Assembly (NCBI GenBank): GCA_951406725.2
Contig: OX597828.1
Span: 40,548,001-40,612,000 of the forward strand
Reading direction: 5' to 3'
DNA from: Octopus vulgaris
Taxonomy: Eukaryota
DNA length: 64,000 bases
A program made the translations under genes and the position numbers. Each line of letters opens with the position of its first letter. Position 1 is the first letter of the stretch. The notes under the pieces were generated by a model, which was given only the letters and a program-made list of their open reading frames with translations, was not told where the DNA came from and searched no databases. Positions 1-12,741 of the stretch are shown piece by piece.

Positions 1-138
1 GTTTGATAAAAAAAGTAACTCGACTGCTTTTTTTGGCAGATCAAATAACTGTCTAGAGGCTCCACTTTGGGCTTTGACATTCACGTCATCACTGAAGTGC
101 TTTACAAGAAGATGGCCATCTAGCTCTAAGAATTCTTC
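1..138 (-). CDS. Putative internal coding exon (runs off window start), ARM-repeat-like peptide EEFLELDGHLLVKHFSDDVNVKAQSGASRQLFDLPKKAVELLFLSN
   Basis: Minus-strand acceptor ttattgtAG at 140-139, then 46 stop-free codons in phase 0; the other two frames contain stops. Pattern FLE.DG..LLV..F.....AQ..A...L..L resembles an ARM repeat. Confidence 0.5.
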
Positions 139-258
139 CTACAATAATTCCTGTATTTTATTGCAGAACAAGGAAAAGTTATATCTATTTCTATGCTTTA
201 TTTGCCCACTCACTAGGTTTCCATATTTTCAACAAAAAAAAAAGAAATAAGTATTATA

Positions 259-622
259 GGCACAGATTTGGCTGTGTGGTAAGAAGCTTGCTTCCCAAGC
301 ACATGGTTCCAGGTTCAGTCTCACTACATGACACCTTGGGCCAACCAAAGCCTTGGGAATAGATTTGAAAGAAGAAGCCCATCGTGTGTGTGCATATATA
401 AGTATATATATATGTCTGTGTATGTGTTTGTCCCCCAGCCATCGCTTGACAACCGATGATGGTGTGTTGATGTTGCTGTAACTTAGCAGTTTGGCAAAAA
501 AGACCAACAGAATAAATACTAGGCTTACAAAGAATAAGTCCTGGGGTCGATTTCTTCAACTAAAACCCTTTAAGGCAGTGCTCCAGCATGACCACAGTCA
601 AGTGACTGAAGCGAGCAAAAGA
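259..622 (+). mobile_element. SINE family A (tRNA-derived head, CORE-like block, central (TA/TG)n, 3' body)
   Basis: A-box-like tggctgtgtggt, B-box-like ggttcagtc, accttggg block; collinear with more than 15 copies in the window. Confidence 0.85.
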
Positions 623-1148
623 ACAAACAAACCCTTCACTAACTGATAGCTATTTCTAGCAGGTTCAGCAACCACTAGGCTTCCTAGTGCTGAAGAAGAG
701 ATATGTAAATGTTTATTGGAGTGGCAGTGTGCTTATCAACTTATAAACTTTTTCTTTAATGCTTTTCCTTTAATGGTATTTTTAACATGTTTTTCATATC
801 AAGTTTTCAATGTCATCCAGATAAATTGCTGGAGAATAAGACATGTAGGTGCACCAAGTCCGTGGTTTGGTTACAATTCCCTGTTGCAACTAATTCCTTT
901 AAGAAATTAATTGTCCCTAATTAACTAGTTATCACCAATTATCACTAATTCTTTTGAAAAAGAGTGAATGTCACAATTCTCATTTCTCTCTGAACTAATA
1001 GCATTATGTTTCATGTCGGTTTCGCAAAAAGAACAGAGAAACCATGTCAATGTCACTGTGTAACCAACTGCAGACAGACCATAAGCCTTTGAAGGAACCT
1101 CTGTGTAGCCATAAAACCTGCTAGAAACAGCAGCCAAATCTTGCTTAA

Positions 1149-1369
1149 CCCTTTAGCATTTAAATCAGCCCTTATCTGGCCTAAATAGTCCACTTGTTTT
1201 ATGTTGAAAGTAGCCAGATCTGGCTTCTCATGCCAACTCTACAATGTCATTCTAAAAATAAACAACCACATCATGGAGGTCTCAATTCTTCGAGATGATA
1301 CATGATTAATTCAAAACAATGTAAATAAATAAGCATTACATCTGACGGAGGAATCTGAATGCCAAGGGA
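1149..1369. mobile_element. piggyBac-type MITE family P1
   Basis: TTAA on both sides; ends ccctttagcatt / aatgccaaggga; several other copies in the window. Confidence 0.8.
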
Positions 1370-3111
1370 TTAAATCGCATCCAACCAGCTTTAAAAAATA
1401 AGGACGGCATGGTAAAAGACAACCCAAAATCTAAATCAGAAGAAACTGGATGGTCAAACTGGAATGATAACAGTGGAAAAAGAGAAAAGTGACAGGAGAT
1501 CTGCAGGCCAGATGTTGGGGCAGGTTGGCAAGTGACTTCACGCTCCATAAGCACTGAGCCTAGGGTTAAACAACAACAACCACCCTCCACCACACATGTT
1601 GACATTGACCCCAACACACACAACCTCTCGACACACACACAAACTTCCTCCTTCTTCACTCCATCCCCTACTTCCCCTAGCTGTTCCAGAAATCTTCAGT
1701 TAGTTCAAGTCCCTGCTTATCTTTAAGTAAACAACCACCATATTAGCAGTTCCTTGACAACATTATTAATCTTATGCTTAGCAACAATGATAGAACAAAA
1801 CAACTTAAGTAGAAGGAGCAGAACCATTGAACAACACATTAACCAGACATTAGCGGCCACGCAAGAACAACAACATCAACGAGATTACCGCTTTAATACA
1901 CATCCAAAGCAACATTAAGATACATCTATTTTTATGATTCATTCTGGAAGCTCTTAAGTATTTCCATCACATCAAAAATTAAAACAAAGCAAAAATTCTT
2001 TAAATAAAAGAAACAAATTACATTATCTAATTGTTAATATTCAATTATCGTCATAGGATGCCGTTAGCAACTTGTGGTAGACTTCACAAGATTGCTACTA
2101 TCTCAGGGTTGGAGTGAAAAATCACCAAAGCACTATTACCATTTGATTTCTTCAGCAAAAATCCTTAACTTGGCCAGAATTATGATGATGGTAGAAATAA
2201 TTTATATTGATTCTTTCATGAGAATATTAACCATCTTTAGATCCTTCTTCCAATTAATCTATTTCAGGTTATGAATCTCCAGACAACCATTTCAAAAATG
2301 TTTCACAAAAACCACAATGGGCTTGGATGTATGATAGACCCTACTGAAATCTTTTGCTCTTAGTAAACCGTTTTATTATGATCCAAACCCTTTCAATTGT
2401 ATATGAGTTTACTCATTTTTATAGATAAAGTCCTCAAGGATTCTATGTGGATAAAACAATTTAACACATAAGGTAGTGAAATAAATTTTGTACAATTCCT
2501 ACATTGGCAATTCTACAAAAACCAATCTTTTCAAATTCAAATGTTATTTTTGGCAGAAAGGTACCCCCACTTACAAAATTATTTTTATAATTGTCTGAGA
2601 GAAAGGGTAGTTAATAATGATATAATATAATTTTCTTGACTGCAGACCTCATCTGTAGATTGAGTATTTACAATATTTATCACAGTGCATTATGTTTCTA
2701 TCATTCTGATTTCTGATCATCATCATCATCATCATCATCAAGTATCTTATTCCTGAGTGTGCGTATAGTCTCACACCATATTCAAACCAAGAACTTCAAT
2801 GTGGATCTGTAGGTAAGGACATGACTAATATAAGCAAAGCAAACATCATATGAAGAGTATCCATATAAACGAGAAATTTTGGTTTTGAATTATGACAGCA
2901 AGTAAGTCTTGAAAGCAAACTATAAGGTGTTCATTGTATCTCAGAATTCTTTTTGAATAACAGATTTTAAAACTTCAAAATTTGAGTAATGATTTTGCAC
3001 AATTGTCAACCCTCTGAACAAGACAAGTTGTTTTATAAACTATATTAATTTAATCACTGCCAAAGAAACAAAAAAATAATTATGCATAAACCAATGAGGT
3101 AGACTCTACAC

Positions 3112-3362
3112 CAGTAGTTCTCAACCATTTTCTACCAATGGACCCTTTGATTCCTATTTTACTCGTGTGGACCCTCATAAATATTCAAAGTTTTAAAAAT
3201 ACTTATAATTTTATTATTAAACATTATTAGGAATTGCATAAAAAATGTTAACATATTTTGTGCAATGTAGAGAAGTTTAACCAATTTATTTCACGTAAAT
3301 TTTAACAACAAAATCTTATATGGATCCTCAAGGATCATGTAGATCTCAGTTTAAAACCACTA
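3112..3362. mobile_element. hAT-type MITE family H1
   Basis: Ends cagtagttctcaac / gtttaaaaccacta; homologous to about 13284-13534 and about 5490-5793 (reverse). Confidence 0.7.
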
Positions 3363-3669
3363 CTCTAATGGGTTGCACAACCTGTTAGAAACAGCAGCTA
3401 AATCTCTCTTCTCTCTCATTCTATCTTAAATAAAGACATGTTAGATAATGCACATAGACCTAGATGCACATAAAAAAATGAGAGGCTTATGGTTGGATAG
3501 TTTTTGATCAAAGATCTACTCCATCAGAAAAGTAACAACATCTATAATTCTTAACTGCATGCATTAGTATTTTGTGAAAAATTTACCTTAAAAATATGAA
3601 TATCATTTAAAACCAAACACACACACACAAAAAAAAATTAAAAACAAAAACACAGACAGATGTAGTCAT

Positions 3670-3790
3670 AGAAACATCTTTAATGTTTTGTCTGTTGAGG
3701 ATGCTATGGAGATGATGGTGATAATTTGGAACACTTTAAATGTTGACTTTGCAATAAATATGTCCCCCATTAGTAGACAGGGTGTTGCTT
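3670..3790 (-). pseudogene. Degenerate Penelope-like element fragment
   Basis: One frame reads NTLSTNGGHIYCKVNI*SVPNYHHHLHSILNRQNIK, resembling the PLE linker motif TNIG..F..LIDKHFP..H.LHKIFNR..VK. Confidence 0.4.
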
Positions 3791-4109
3791 CTTTGCTGGA
3801 ACATTGAGAAATTTGAATAAACCTTGGGAATCATTCCTTGAAAATAACAGGATATGATGCTCAAATCTGACGGAAATTTAATAAGACCTGAGATGATGCG
3901 AATCTCACAAAACAGGAAAACTGTCCTAAGAGGAGTGTATGTATCTATTTACAGACATATATAAACATCTATTTATAAATATGTAAATATACACAAACCC
4001 CTCACAAACACACATGTATATGTAATAAACTTGACCTCTGAGCATAAGCTATTTCTTACTTGCAGATTATATGAACTCATATTCACATGTATTCAGTCTC
4101 ATTTTGAAT

Positions 4110-4148
4110 GAAATTAGGTCAGCTTTGGACCAAAGCTGACCTAATTTC
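4110..4148. repeat. Perfect 39-bp palindrome (19-bp arms, 1-nt centre)
   Basis: gaaattaggtcagctttgg-a-ccaaagctgacctaatttc. Confidence 0.95.
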
Positions 4149-4447
4149 TCCAACTGACTGCTTTCATTGTTATTTAATATCAGGATTCATTCACCTTATC
4201 CTCACAAACCGTTATTCAAAAACATCATGCAAAGCAATTAATTAAAATGCAATCAAAACTTAAAACTGACACAGCTCATTTACATACTGTTAAAAGGCTG
4301 ACAAACAGACGATAATTTATTAAGAGTTTCATTCGTTGGCACCCATCAGAAATTCTCGGACCTTGAGTCACTCTGTTACTTCAGCTAAATATTAACAAAA
4401 ATATACATATACTCATATTCTGAGTTCTATTTTTCCTGTTTACATCA

Positions 4448-4542
4448 ATAGGCAGGCAGGCAGGCAGATAGATAGACAGATAGGCAGACAGACAGATAGG
4501 CAGACAGACAGATAGATAGATAGATAAACAGACAGAGAGATG

Positions 4543-4581
<39 letters not shown>

Positions 4582-4625
4582 ACAGACAATTACAAATAGA
4601 CAGGCAGATAGACAGACAGACAGAT
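4448..4625. repeat. Compound (GGCA/GATA/GACA/GA)n microsatellite
   Basis: Direct reading. Confidence 0.95.
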
Positions 4626-5129
4626 ATGAATAAATATATAGCTTATATCTATATGCATTGAGGTTCCCCATGAAAAAGGCCCCACAGATAAGGAAATAGT
4701 TTATAGGTTCCTATCACATATATAGTGATGATGGCAATTCTCCATCCTTTGGCAATGAGGATTCACTTGCACGATCACCTGAATTACCTGCTCCTCAATT
4801 AGTTCCTAAGTGGCCAACTATTCCACAGACACGTGCAGCCTTAACGTAATCTGTAAGCAGGATCAATATGATGCACTGAGTGCCAAAACAGTACCTTTGA
4901 ATTACAAGCACAATCCATCTGAGCTTCCACACAGTTTCCATCTACTCAAGTGTACTCACAAGACATCGCCTGACTTGAGACTATAGAAAAAATTACATTT
5001 TCCCAAACTCTCAAACAATGAGATCAAACCTGAGACTTTGTGCTTACAAAGCAAGCTTCTTAATCATTCAACCTTACCACACTTTCCATATTTAGTTATC
5101 ACCTGGGTTGGCCAGGCTGTCTGGTACCG

Positions 5130-5485
5130 AGTCGGCTTTGCTGGCCCAGTATCTGGTCCATTCCCCTCATGCTCTTGCCATTCTCCTGTACATTGTTCCA
5201 AACATTTTTCTTAAATCATCTGTCCACCTGATTGGAGATCTTCTGAGTGGTCTCTTCTACATGTGTGGGTACCATTCAACAACTGCACAGGGGTCCAACT
5301 ATTGTCTGTGAACCTTGCAACATGACCAGTCCATCATAGCTTTGCATGGTGGTATTCTGCAACGATGCCCTTCACTCCAGTTCTATCCCTGATCTCCTCG
5401 TTCCAGATATGATCTCTTAGCGAGATTCCCAATATTTACCTTTGCATGGCTCTCTGCGCCTTAAACAGATCTTGTTCTCTCTGAG
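5130..5485 (-). mobile_element. RTE-clade LINE, 5'-truncated degenerate C-terminal fragment
   Basis: Minus translation AQRAMQR*ILGISLRDHIWNEEIRDRTGVKGIV..KL*WTGHVARFTDNSWT/VVEWYP..KRPLRRSPIRWTDDL is a typical RTE ORF end, with stops and a frameshift. Confidence 0.85.
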
Positions 5486-7369
5486 AGTCTCTATAAGATT
5501 TTGGGGGTTCCACACAACAAAATGGTGAATTAGGGATCCACAATAGTATTTTAAGGGCCCCTGAAAAGATTTTGCTTTAGATGTATGTTTTGATATTTAT
5601 TGCCAGAAATAGCTAGATTTTTTTCCCTAATGTTTTACATAGTTCAGCCAACAAAATGTGTGAAAAAACAAATTAGGAATATTGAAAGAAGTTTCTATAA
5701 AACTCGATTTTAAACATTGAACCGGAGGGGTCCACCAGGATAAAATAGTAATCAAAAGGATCCAGAGATAAAAAAAATGGTTGAGAGTGCCTGCCATAGA
5801 ACAAACAAGACACTATATGGATCTTTGCCACCTGTCAGCCAGGCAATCAAATAAAGATGGCTAAAATTTACAAGCCACAGCTTTTGTTGAACAGATCAAC
5901 CTGCCACTGCACATTCCTGTGGGAACATTCAAGTCTGGTAGCCAGGCCCACATGATGCAGGTCTATGAATTTATGCAGGACACAAGACTGTGCACTGTTT
6001 CATAGTTAGCACGAACAATATCATTTTGCTCAACTGGGAAGGAAATTTACTCTCAAGTTAGGGTTGACGTAGACTAATCAGAAAACAGACAATAAATATT
6101 TATTCCAACAATTTGTATACACACACTAAACTGTTGGACAGTCAAATCCAAATATATACTATACTGAAACACATGATATGTAAAACAGCTAAGAATATTA
6201 AGGTTATCATTATTTTCTTTTTGTGTGTATTTTTGTCATGCCTGAATATGCATAATCTTATTGAAATGAATTCTTTGAAATGTTTTTGCAAAATTAATTG
6301 AAATAAATGCAATAAAATATACACAAACAAACAAGACAATGTTGTATTAGTGTATACACACATGACGTATCTTCAACAATGCTGTTTTGGAATTGATGTG
6401 GCAAAAGACATGAAAAGAAACCTAAAGTCATACACAGTTACTGCATTGTGTCTTCATAATTTGGTCCATGAGAACTCTCATAGATACCATTTAATATATT
6501 CATGACATTTTACAATAAGAATTATATTTTATCCATGTTCCTATTTTCAATTAGGAACAGGTGGATATACAGAGAGGACAAATAAATAAAAATCAAGAGT
6601 AAATAGTTCTGGGGTATTTTTTGGTTGAAATTAATAGAGATCATTATCATTATAATTGTCGTTTATGAATTTGTTTTGTAGGTGAATACACGTGGATGGA
6701 AGGGCCTCAGAAGAGGTCACAGATGTGTGATGAAATATTTCCAGACAATGGATATACGATAAAATAAGAACAATAATAGACAAGTGAAGAACAAATATAT
6801 ATATATATATATATTTATATATAGAGTGTGTGTGTGTGTGTGTGTGTTTATTTGGCAAGAAAAAAAATAACCATCCCAAAATATAACAACTATAATCACC
6901 ATCATTCAACATTCATTGTTCCATGCTTGTATAGGCCAGATGGAAGTTGTAGAGGCATATTTTTTTTATGGAAGACTAGAAATTAAGAACCTTGATTGTA
7001 CAACAATGGTGCTTATTTACAACCACCATGTGATGTCAAGACAAGAGTACGCACTAACATGCATGCGCATGCATGTGTGACGGGCTTCTTTCAGTTTCTG
7101 TCCATCAAATCCACCCACAAAGCTTTATCAGTCCTTGGCTACAGTAGACGAAATTGCCATGTAGTGAGGTTGAACTCAAGACAACATGGTTCGGAAGCAA
7201 GCTTCTGAACCAACCAATCATGTCTGCAACAATTTTGAACTAATATCTTCATCATTGAACTTGTTTTGATACCAAAAAAGTTATGGTGTTATGTAGCCCC
7301 AGGCAAACTGTGATTTGAGCAGTTCTATGGTATGTTTAAATGAAGACCATACTGAATATTCTGATAAGC

Positions 7370-7530
7370 AATGGTGAAATGTATGGACACAGTATGACAG
7401 TCTGGACATACTGCACTCTCTTGGCTGTCCAGTTTATTTCTGTATATCCATAGATTTTGGTGGTAGTCATAGCAGAGGTGTGTGGACAAGGTGTACTCTG
7501 AATGCAACACCTGTTTCTCCCTTGCATATA
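7370..7530 (-). mobile_element. Degenerate LINE C-terminal (zinc-knuckle region) fragment
   Basis: ...YHQNLWIYRNKLDSQESAVCPDC... resembles the region before the CCHC motif of LINE ORF2. Confidence 0.4.
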
Positions 7531-7601
7531 TTGTTGGTTATGTGCATCCTGACCAGGTATTTCAGGACAGTGAGGCTATTGATGTTGCAGCTAATTTTCA
7601 A

Positions 7602-7632
<31 letters not shown>

Positions 7633-7910
7633 GAGAGGGAGAGGTGTGAGAGAGAGAGAGAGAGAAGGTGTGTGTGAGAAATAGAGGTGTGTGTATGAGA
7701 AAGAGAGAGAAAGTGTGTGTGAGAGAGAGAGAGAAGGTATGTGTGTGTGAGAGAGAGAGGTGTGTATGTGAGAGAGAGAGAAGGTATGTGTGTGTGAGAG
7801 AGAGAGGTGTGTGTGTGTGCATGAGAGCAGAGAGAGAGAGAGAGAGAGAAGGTGTGTGTGTGAGAGAGAGAGAGCAAGAAAGAGAAGGGGAGAGAGAAAG
7901 AGAGACAAAG
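7602..7910. repeat. Compound (GT)n/(GA)n minisatellite, unit about (GA)n-(A)GGT-(GT)n
   Basis: About 8 alternating GA/GT blocks. Confidence 0.95.
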
Positions 7911-8252
7911 GAGAAGGGAACTCTGCTGCAGTAACAAACTGCATCCCTTTAATTTTTAATAATTTTTCTTTTGTTTCTTTTGATATATAGGCAATTCATA
8001 TATGAGGTTGTTGTGCCCCTAAGTAGTCACTTGATCTGCAAGAAATTGCAACCAAATCTTCCTGAGCACAATCCAATGATCTTAAATGTATTTTATAAGA
8101 AATACTATATAAACTAATGGTTAAGGCTAATGTTGAATGCCATCAGTTATATGAACTGGTGTTCACAGTCTTCTAACTTCTCAGTTAGATAAACCAACTC
8201 TATTTTATTGTTGTTTAAGCTCCAGGCACCCTGATCAAATAGGTCCATAATC

Positions 8253-8290
<38 letters not shown>

Positions 8291-8371
8291 TATACACACA
8301 CACATACAGATTTCTTCATCTCTAATGCTGTATTATGTCATGAACAAAGCACTAGACAACACCTGCCTTAC

Positions 8372-8432
8372 TTGTTTGGCAGTAGAACAGGTAAAAATGA
8401 TGAGAGAACACAATTCTGTGAGAATCACTGAA
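8372..8432 (-). CDS. Putative 61-nt coding exon (SVILTELCSLIIFTCSTAKQ), likely upstream of exon 1-138
   Basis: Acceptor cttatttctctgtgttgatctctAG and donor caa|GTAAGG; ends in phase 0, matching exon 1-138. An alternative acceptor at 8429-8428 is possible. Confidence 0.4.
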
Positions 8433-8927
8433 CTAGAGATCAACACAGAGAAATAAGACAAATTTAAGAAATAAGACAAATTTCTCATAAGACATCATCA
8501 TCATCATCATTCTACATTCGCTTTTTCTATACAGGCAAAGGCTGGATAAGGCTTATTGGATCAGCTTTCTACAGTTAAATGCTCCCTTCATGTTGCCCAA
8601 GACAAAGATGGCCTCAGTAGGAACTGAACTCAAAATGCACACAGCTGGAACAAATACTACAAAGCATTCAATATGACACTCCAACAACTTTGCCAATTTG
8701 ACACATTCAATGAAAAGATATTTTCAGCCTAGTCAGGTGATAAAGCTGCAGAACACAGACCTCTCACCCATAGTATTCTATTTTATATATTTTAATAGTG
8801 CTGTCAGCCACTGAAGACAGAAACTTTGGAATCACTTGTGACAAACATTACTGAAGACAGAATCTGTAAATTCTTTTCCAGACTATTTACTATATAGTTT
8901 ATACACATAAGACTAAAATGGATTCAA

Positions 8928-9257
8928 CAGTTCTGTATTTAAGAGATGAGGAATTACGTACATTATTTACATTATTTACATTTGACAGATATTTGTCCTC
9001 AATTGTTTGTTGTTAACACAATGTTTTGGCTGATATACCCTCCAGCCTTCTTCTTGGGGAAGTTTCAAAGCTGGGTTCTTCATTCCTAAGGTACTTTTTG
9101 AAGTTATTATTATTATTCAGGTCACTGCCTGGAATCGAACTCGGAATCTAGGGGTTAGTAGCCCATGCTCTTAACCACTACGTCACGGGCATATGGCGTA
9201 GTGGTTAAGAACGCAAGCTACTAACCCCAAGATTCCAAGTTTGATTCCAGGCAGTGA

Positions 9258-9288
<31 letters not shown>
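8928..9288 (-). mobile_element. tRNA-headed SINE-like element with an inverted duplicate of its head
   Basis: A box tggcgtagtgg and B box gagttcgattcc on both strands; 9104-9184 is inverted relative to 9193-9273, and both are followed by (AAT)n. Confidence 0.75.
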
Positions 9289-9289
<1 letters not shown>

Positions 9290-9961
9290 TCAGTACTTTT
9301 TATCACAATGTATTGCATTTTATGGGTATGTAAACTACATTGTAATATGGTAGGATATGTGAAGATTTGGCTGCTATTTCTAGCAGGTTGTGTTAGACAC
9401 ATTCTTGCTGCCATAGAAACAAAAACATAGTTGTAGCAAGACAACAATTAATACTGTATTACTACTACCCAGTAAGTTAACAGAAATGCATTCACAAGTT
9501 TATTGAAGCAATACGGAAGGACTACTGGGAGTTCATGTTCTTCTAATTATCACTTATAAATGTACAATATGTGTAAAAAAAAAGAAATTCCAGAAGGTGA
9601 AGAAACAAACAAGCAAATTAAACTCAAGCTGAATATCAAATTTCAATTGGGTGATTGTTGAATTTCATTGATATATATATATGTATGTATGTATGTATTG
9701 ATTAAACATTATAAGACACAGTGAGATTGTGTTAGTGACCAAGTTCTAAATGTGTGAAAGCTTGGCTGTGTGGTTAGAGAGCACACTATGCAACTAAGGT
9801 ACTTAATATTCAATCCTGCTGCAGCATGGCATCAGGGGCAAATGTCTTCTACCCTAGGTTCAGCTTAACCAAAAGCCTTAGGAAAGAAATTCAACTGACA
9901 GACAAACCCTGTGTAAGAGCCCACCAGAGAGATCATTCATGTTTATGGATAGTAGATTTAA

Positions 9962-10182
9962 TCTCTTAGTATTCAAGCTGGCCATATAGGGCTGAAATAT
10001 TCTACTAGTAATATGTTCAAACTGACCAGGGTCAAGCCTCTCACACCTACTCTACAATGTCATTCTGAAAATGAATAATCATATTGTTCAAACCTTGAAG
10101 CTACATGATAATGTATGTTAAATTCAAGACAATGTAAATAAATAAGCATTACATATGACAGAGTAATCTGAATGCTAAGGGA
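9962..10182. mobile_element. piggyBac-type MITE family P1
   Basis: TTAA flanks; homologous to 1149-1369. Confidence 0.75.
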
Positions 10183-10190
10183 TTAATTCA

Positions 10191-10236
10191 TTTTTACCTG
10201 AGTTTAGTGGAGACCAAGTATTAAGGCAATCCCCAC

Positions 10237-10271
<35 letters not shown>

Positions 10272-10659
10272 CTGAAGATAATTTCCTCACTTTTCTCTCT
10301 GATTAAATTTTTCCAAAAATATCTTTTTATTCTATTGTCCTCTCAACAATTAGCCAGAGATGATTTTTAAAATAAGAATATCTGAAATAATCTCGACTGC
10401 TCTTACAAACGAGAATATTAAAAATGAACCCAACCTCTCTCAAAAATTAAGTAAAATAAAAAAACAAATAATCGTCCAGAATCCTTGTCTAATACTGGAT
10501 TGATCCTAAAATCCAATCAGTTCATGCCAGTCACGAGGCCAAACATCCCTGAAAGTTTCATCCGAATCCATCCAGTGGTTCTTGAGATATCTTGTCCACA
10601 GACAAACAAACATGGCTGAAAACAATACCTCCGCCTTCCCTTCGCTAAGGCAGATGTAA
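10191..10659 (+). mobile_element. Helentron/HINE-like non-autonomous element
   Basis: Internal (CA)n; 3' hairpin tacctccgcctt...aaggcagatgta preceded by acagacaaacaaac, typical of DINE/HINE-type ends. Confidence 0.5.
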
Positions 10660-11103
10660 GAAGCACATCATCAAAATCTCAAAGCTACAAGATAAATGCA
10701 TGAGTAATTCAAAGCAATGCAAAGAAATAAGCATTACATTGGACAGCTGAAAACTAAAGGATTAAAGTTGCACTTCTCCAAAAACTCCCTTAGCTATGGA
10801 CAGTGACATTCCATGCTGAAGACATAGATAAAAGACAGTGACAATAAGAACATCCAGCTGTAAAACAATACCTCAATAATATATTCACCTAAAAAAATGG
10901 ACATAACCACAAACTAATGATATTGCAAGAACACAAAACTGAATGTAGCAGCATCTGTGTGATTCTGCAAAGGCTAACAGAGCTTTTCAAGGAGGAAACT
11001 GGATAAAATTATGCATAATTTAAAAGTTCTAATGATGCACATTGTATAAATGTATCGAACTGCTTAATATCATTGTTTTAACTAGCTTAGCATGTGACAA
11101 CTC

Positions 11104-11169
<66 letters not shown>

Positions 11170-12544
11170 ACATGTGTGTGTGTGAGTACATTTATGTAAA
11201 TGGCATATGTGTGTCTCTCTAATGATTTTGTCTGGTTGTCTTCTGTTTGTAATGTCTATTTATAATATCCTCTTTATTTATCATCTGAAGTTGCTGCCGT
11301 CTCCTGGAGTCTGTACAATTTGGTCTGTTGCAAATTTCAGACATGTAAAAAAAAAAAAAAATTGTCAGCTCAGTACTCTAACCAAATAAAACACTTGCCA
11401 ATTTCTTGTAGTAATCCACAGCATCTTAATGACATGTTGTACCTTGGTGTCAATTTCAGTTACATACTCTTTATATGGCCATGTAGTTAAGAGTGCTGCT
11501 TCCCAACCACATGGTTTCAGGTTCAGTCTTACTGCATGGCACCATGGGTAAGTGTCTTCTATAACTTCAGGCTACTTTGTGAGTGAATAAGGTTGAGACT
11601 TTACAAAGCCTATACATAAACATGTGTGTGTCTGTGTGAATGTTTACATTCTGAACTCCTCAAAAACAAAATAACCAGGCTAGGACAGTGATGTTGGCTT
11701 TTGTCTATCAGAAAATCATTCAGTAGCTTTGCAACTTTTGATAATTGATAGAATGAAAACACCCTTATGTTGAAGACAAGGTAAGAGTTAGCAACATGAA
11801 GGACATTTGGTTGCAAAAAACAATACCTCAATGTTGTGTATTCATCTAACTCATGCTAGCATCAAAAAAATAAATGTAAAACAAATGAACGAACAAATGA
11901 ATGTAAACAGAGGACCAAGCAAAACCAGCATCACATAGATTTTCTTATTTGAATTTTTTCTTGTTTTTCTGTCTCCTTCCTTTTCCAGTTTTTCACGATC
12001 TTTCTTCCTCTTCCCCCCGCCCCCATCCAAAAGAATATCAAAAATGTTATCACCATTAATTTATTCCATTCCCCCAAGTATCAATCTAATAAATAATATT
12101 GACTGTGGACTTATTTCATCTTTTAGGGGGGGGGGGGTATTTTAGTTTCACAACACACACATACACATCACAAATGTATATTACTTATGACCACCACTTT
12201 AAGGAAATATATAAAAAAAAAAAAGGACTCAAGTTTCATATAGTTGAACAAAAGAACGGATTTACAACCATCTGGGTAGGGCATCAGTCTATCAAAGACA
12301 ACATTCTGGGGTGATGTGGGACAACCTATTCCTGCCTTATAGCAAACTGAAACAAGGTGAAATGAGTTAACATAAAATTGTTGAAAAACAATAAAATATC
12401 AGCTGAAGTTTTGAACATGCCATTCATGAGTCATTGAGTATTTGTTTAAGTCAAGAATTCAGTTGCATGTTTCTGTATCCCAAGAGAGAGGGCATAAAAA
12501 TTTCCCCCCATCATTCTTTGAGACAGGGTGTATCAAAATAAGTA

Positions 12545-12741
12545 TGAGGAGGTGCTGAAAAGTTCCTGGCTTTGGGTAAAAGAAAACACAGGAGAATCAA
12601 CATATTCCCCTTTCAGATTCACACACTTATTGCAGTGGTCCTTCAGTTTTCCTAAGCCCTCTAAAAGAACTCAGAAAGTTGGGCCCCTAACCAGGCTTTT
12701 CGTAATACCCTTAAAGCCAGGAACTTTTCAGTACCTCCTCA
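12545..12741. mobile_element. Tc1/mariner-type MITE
   Basis: About 29-bp TIRs tgaggaggtgctgaaaagttcctggcttt / aaagccaggaacttttcagtacctcctca; TA at the left flank. Confidence 0.85.

Noticed and set aside
7467-7990. Cluster of 66-156 aa ORFs
   Set aside because: Translations of (GA)n/(GT)n microsatellite.
9187-9260. Possible tRNA gene (ACT anticodon-like loop)
   Set aside because: Acceptor stem does not pair and there is no oligo-T terminator; better explained as a SINE head.
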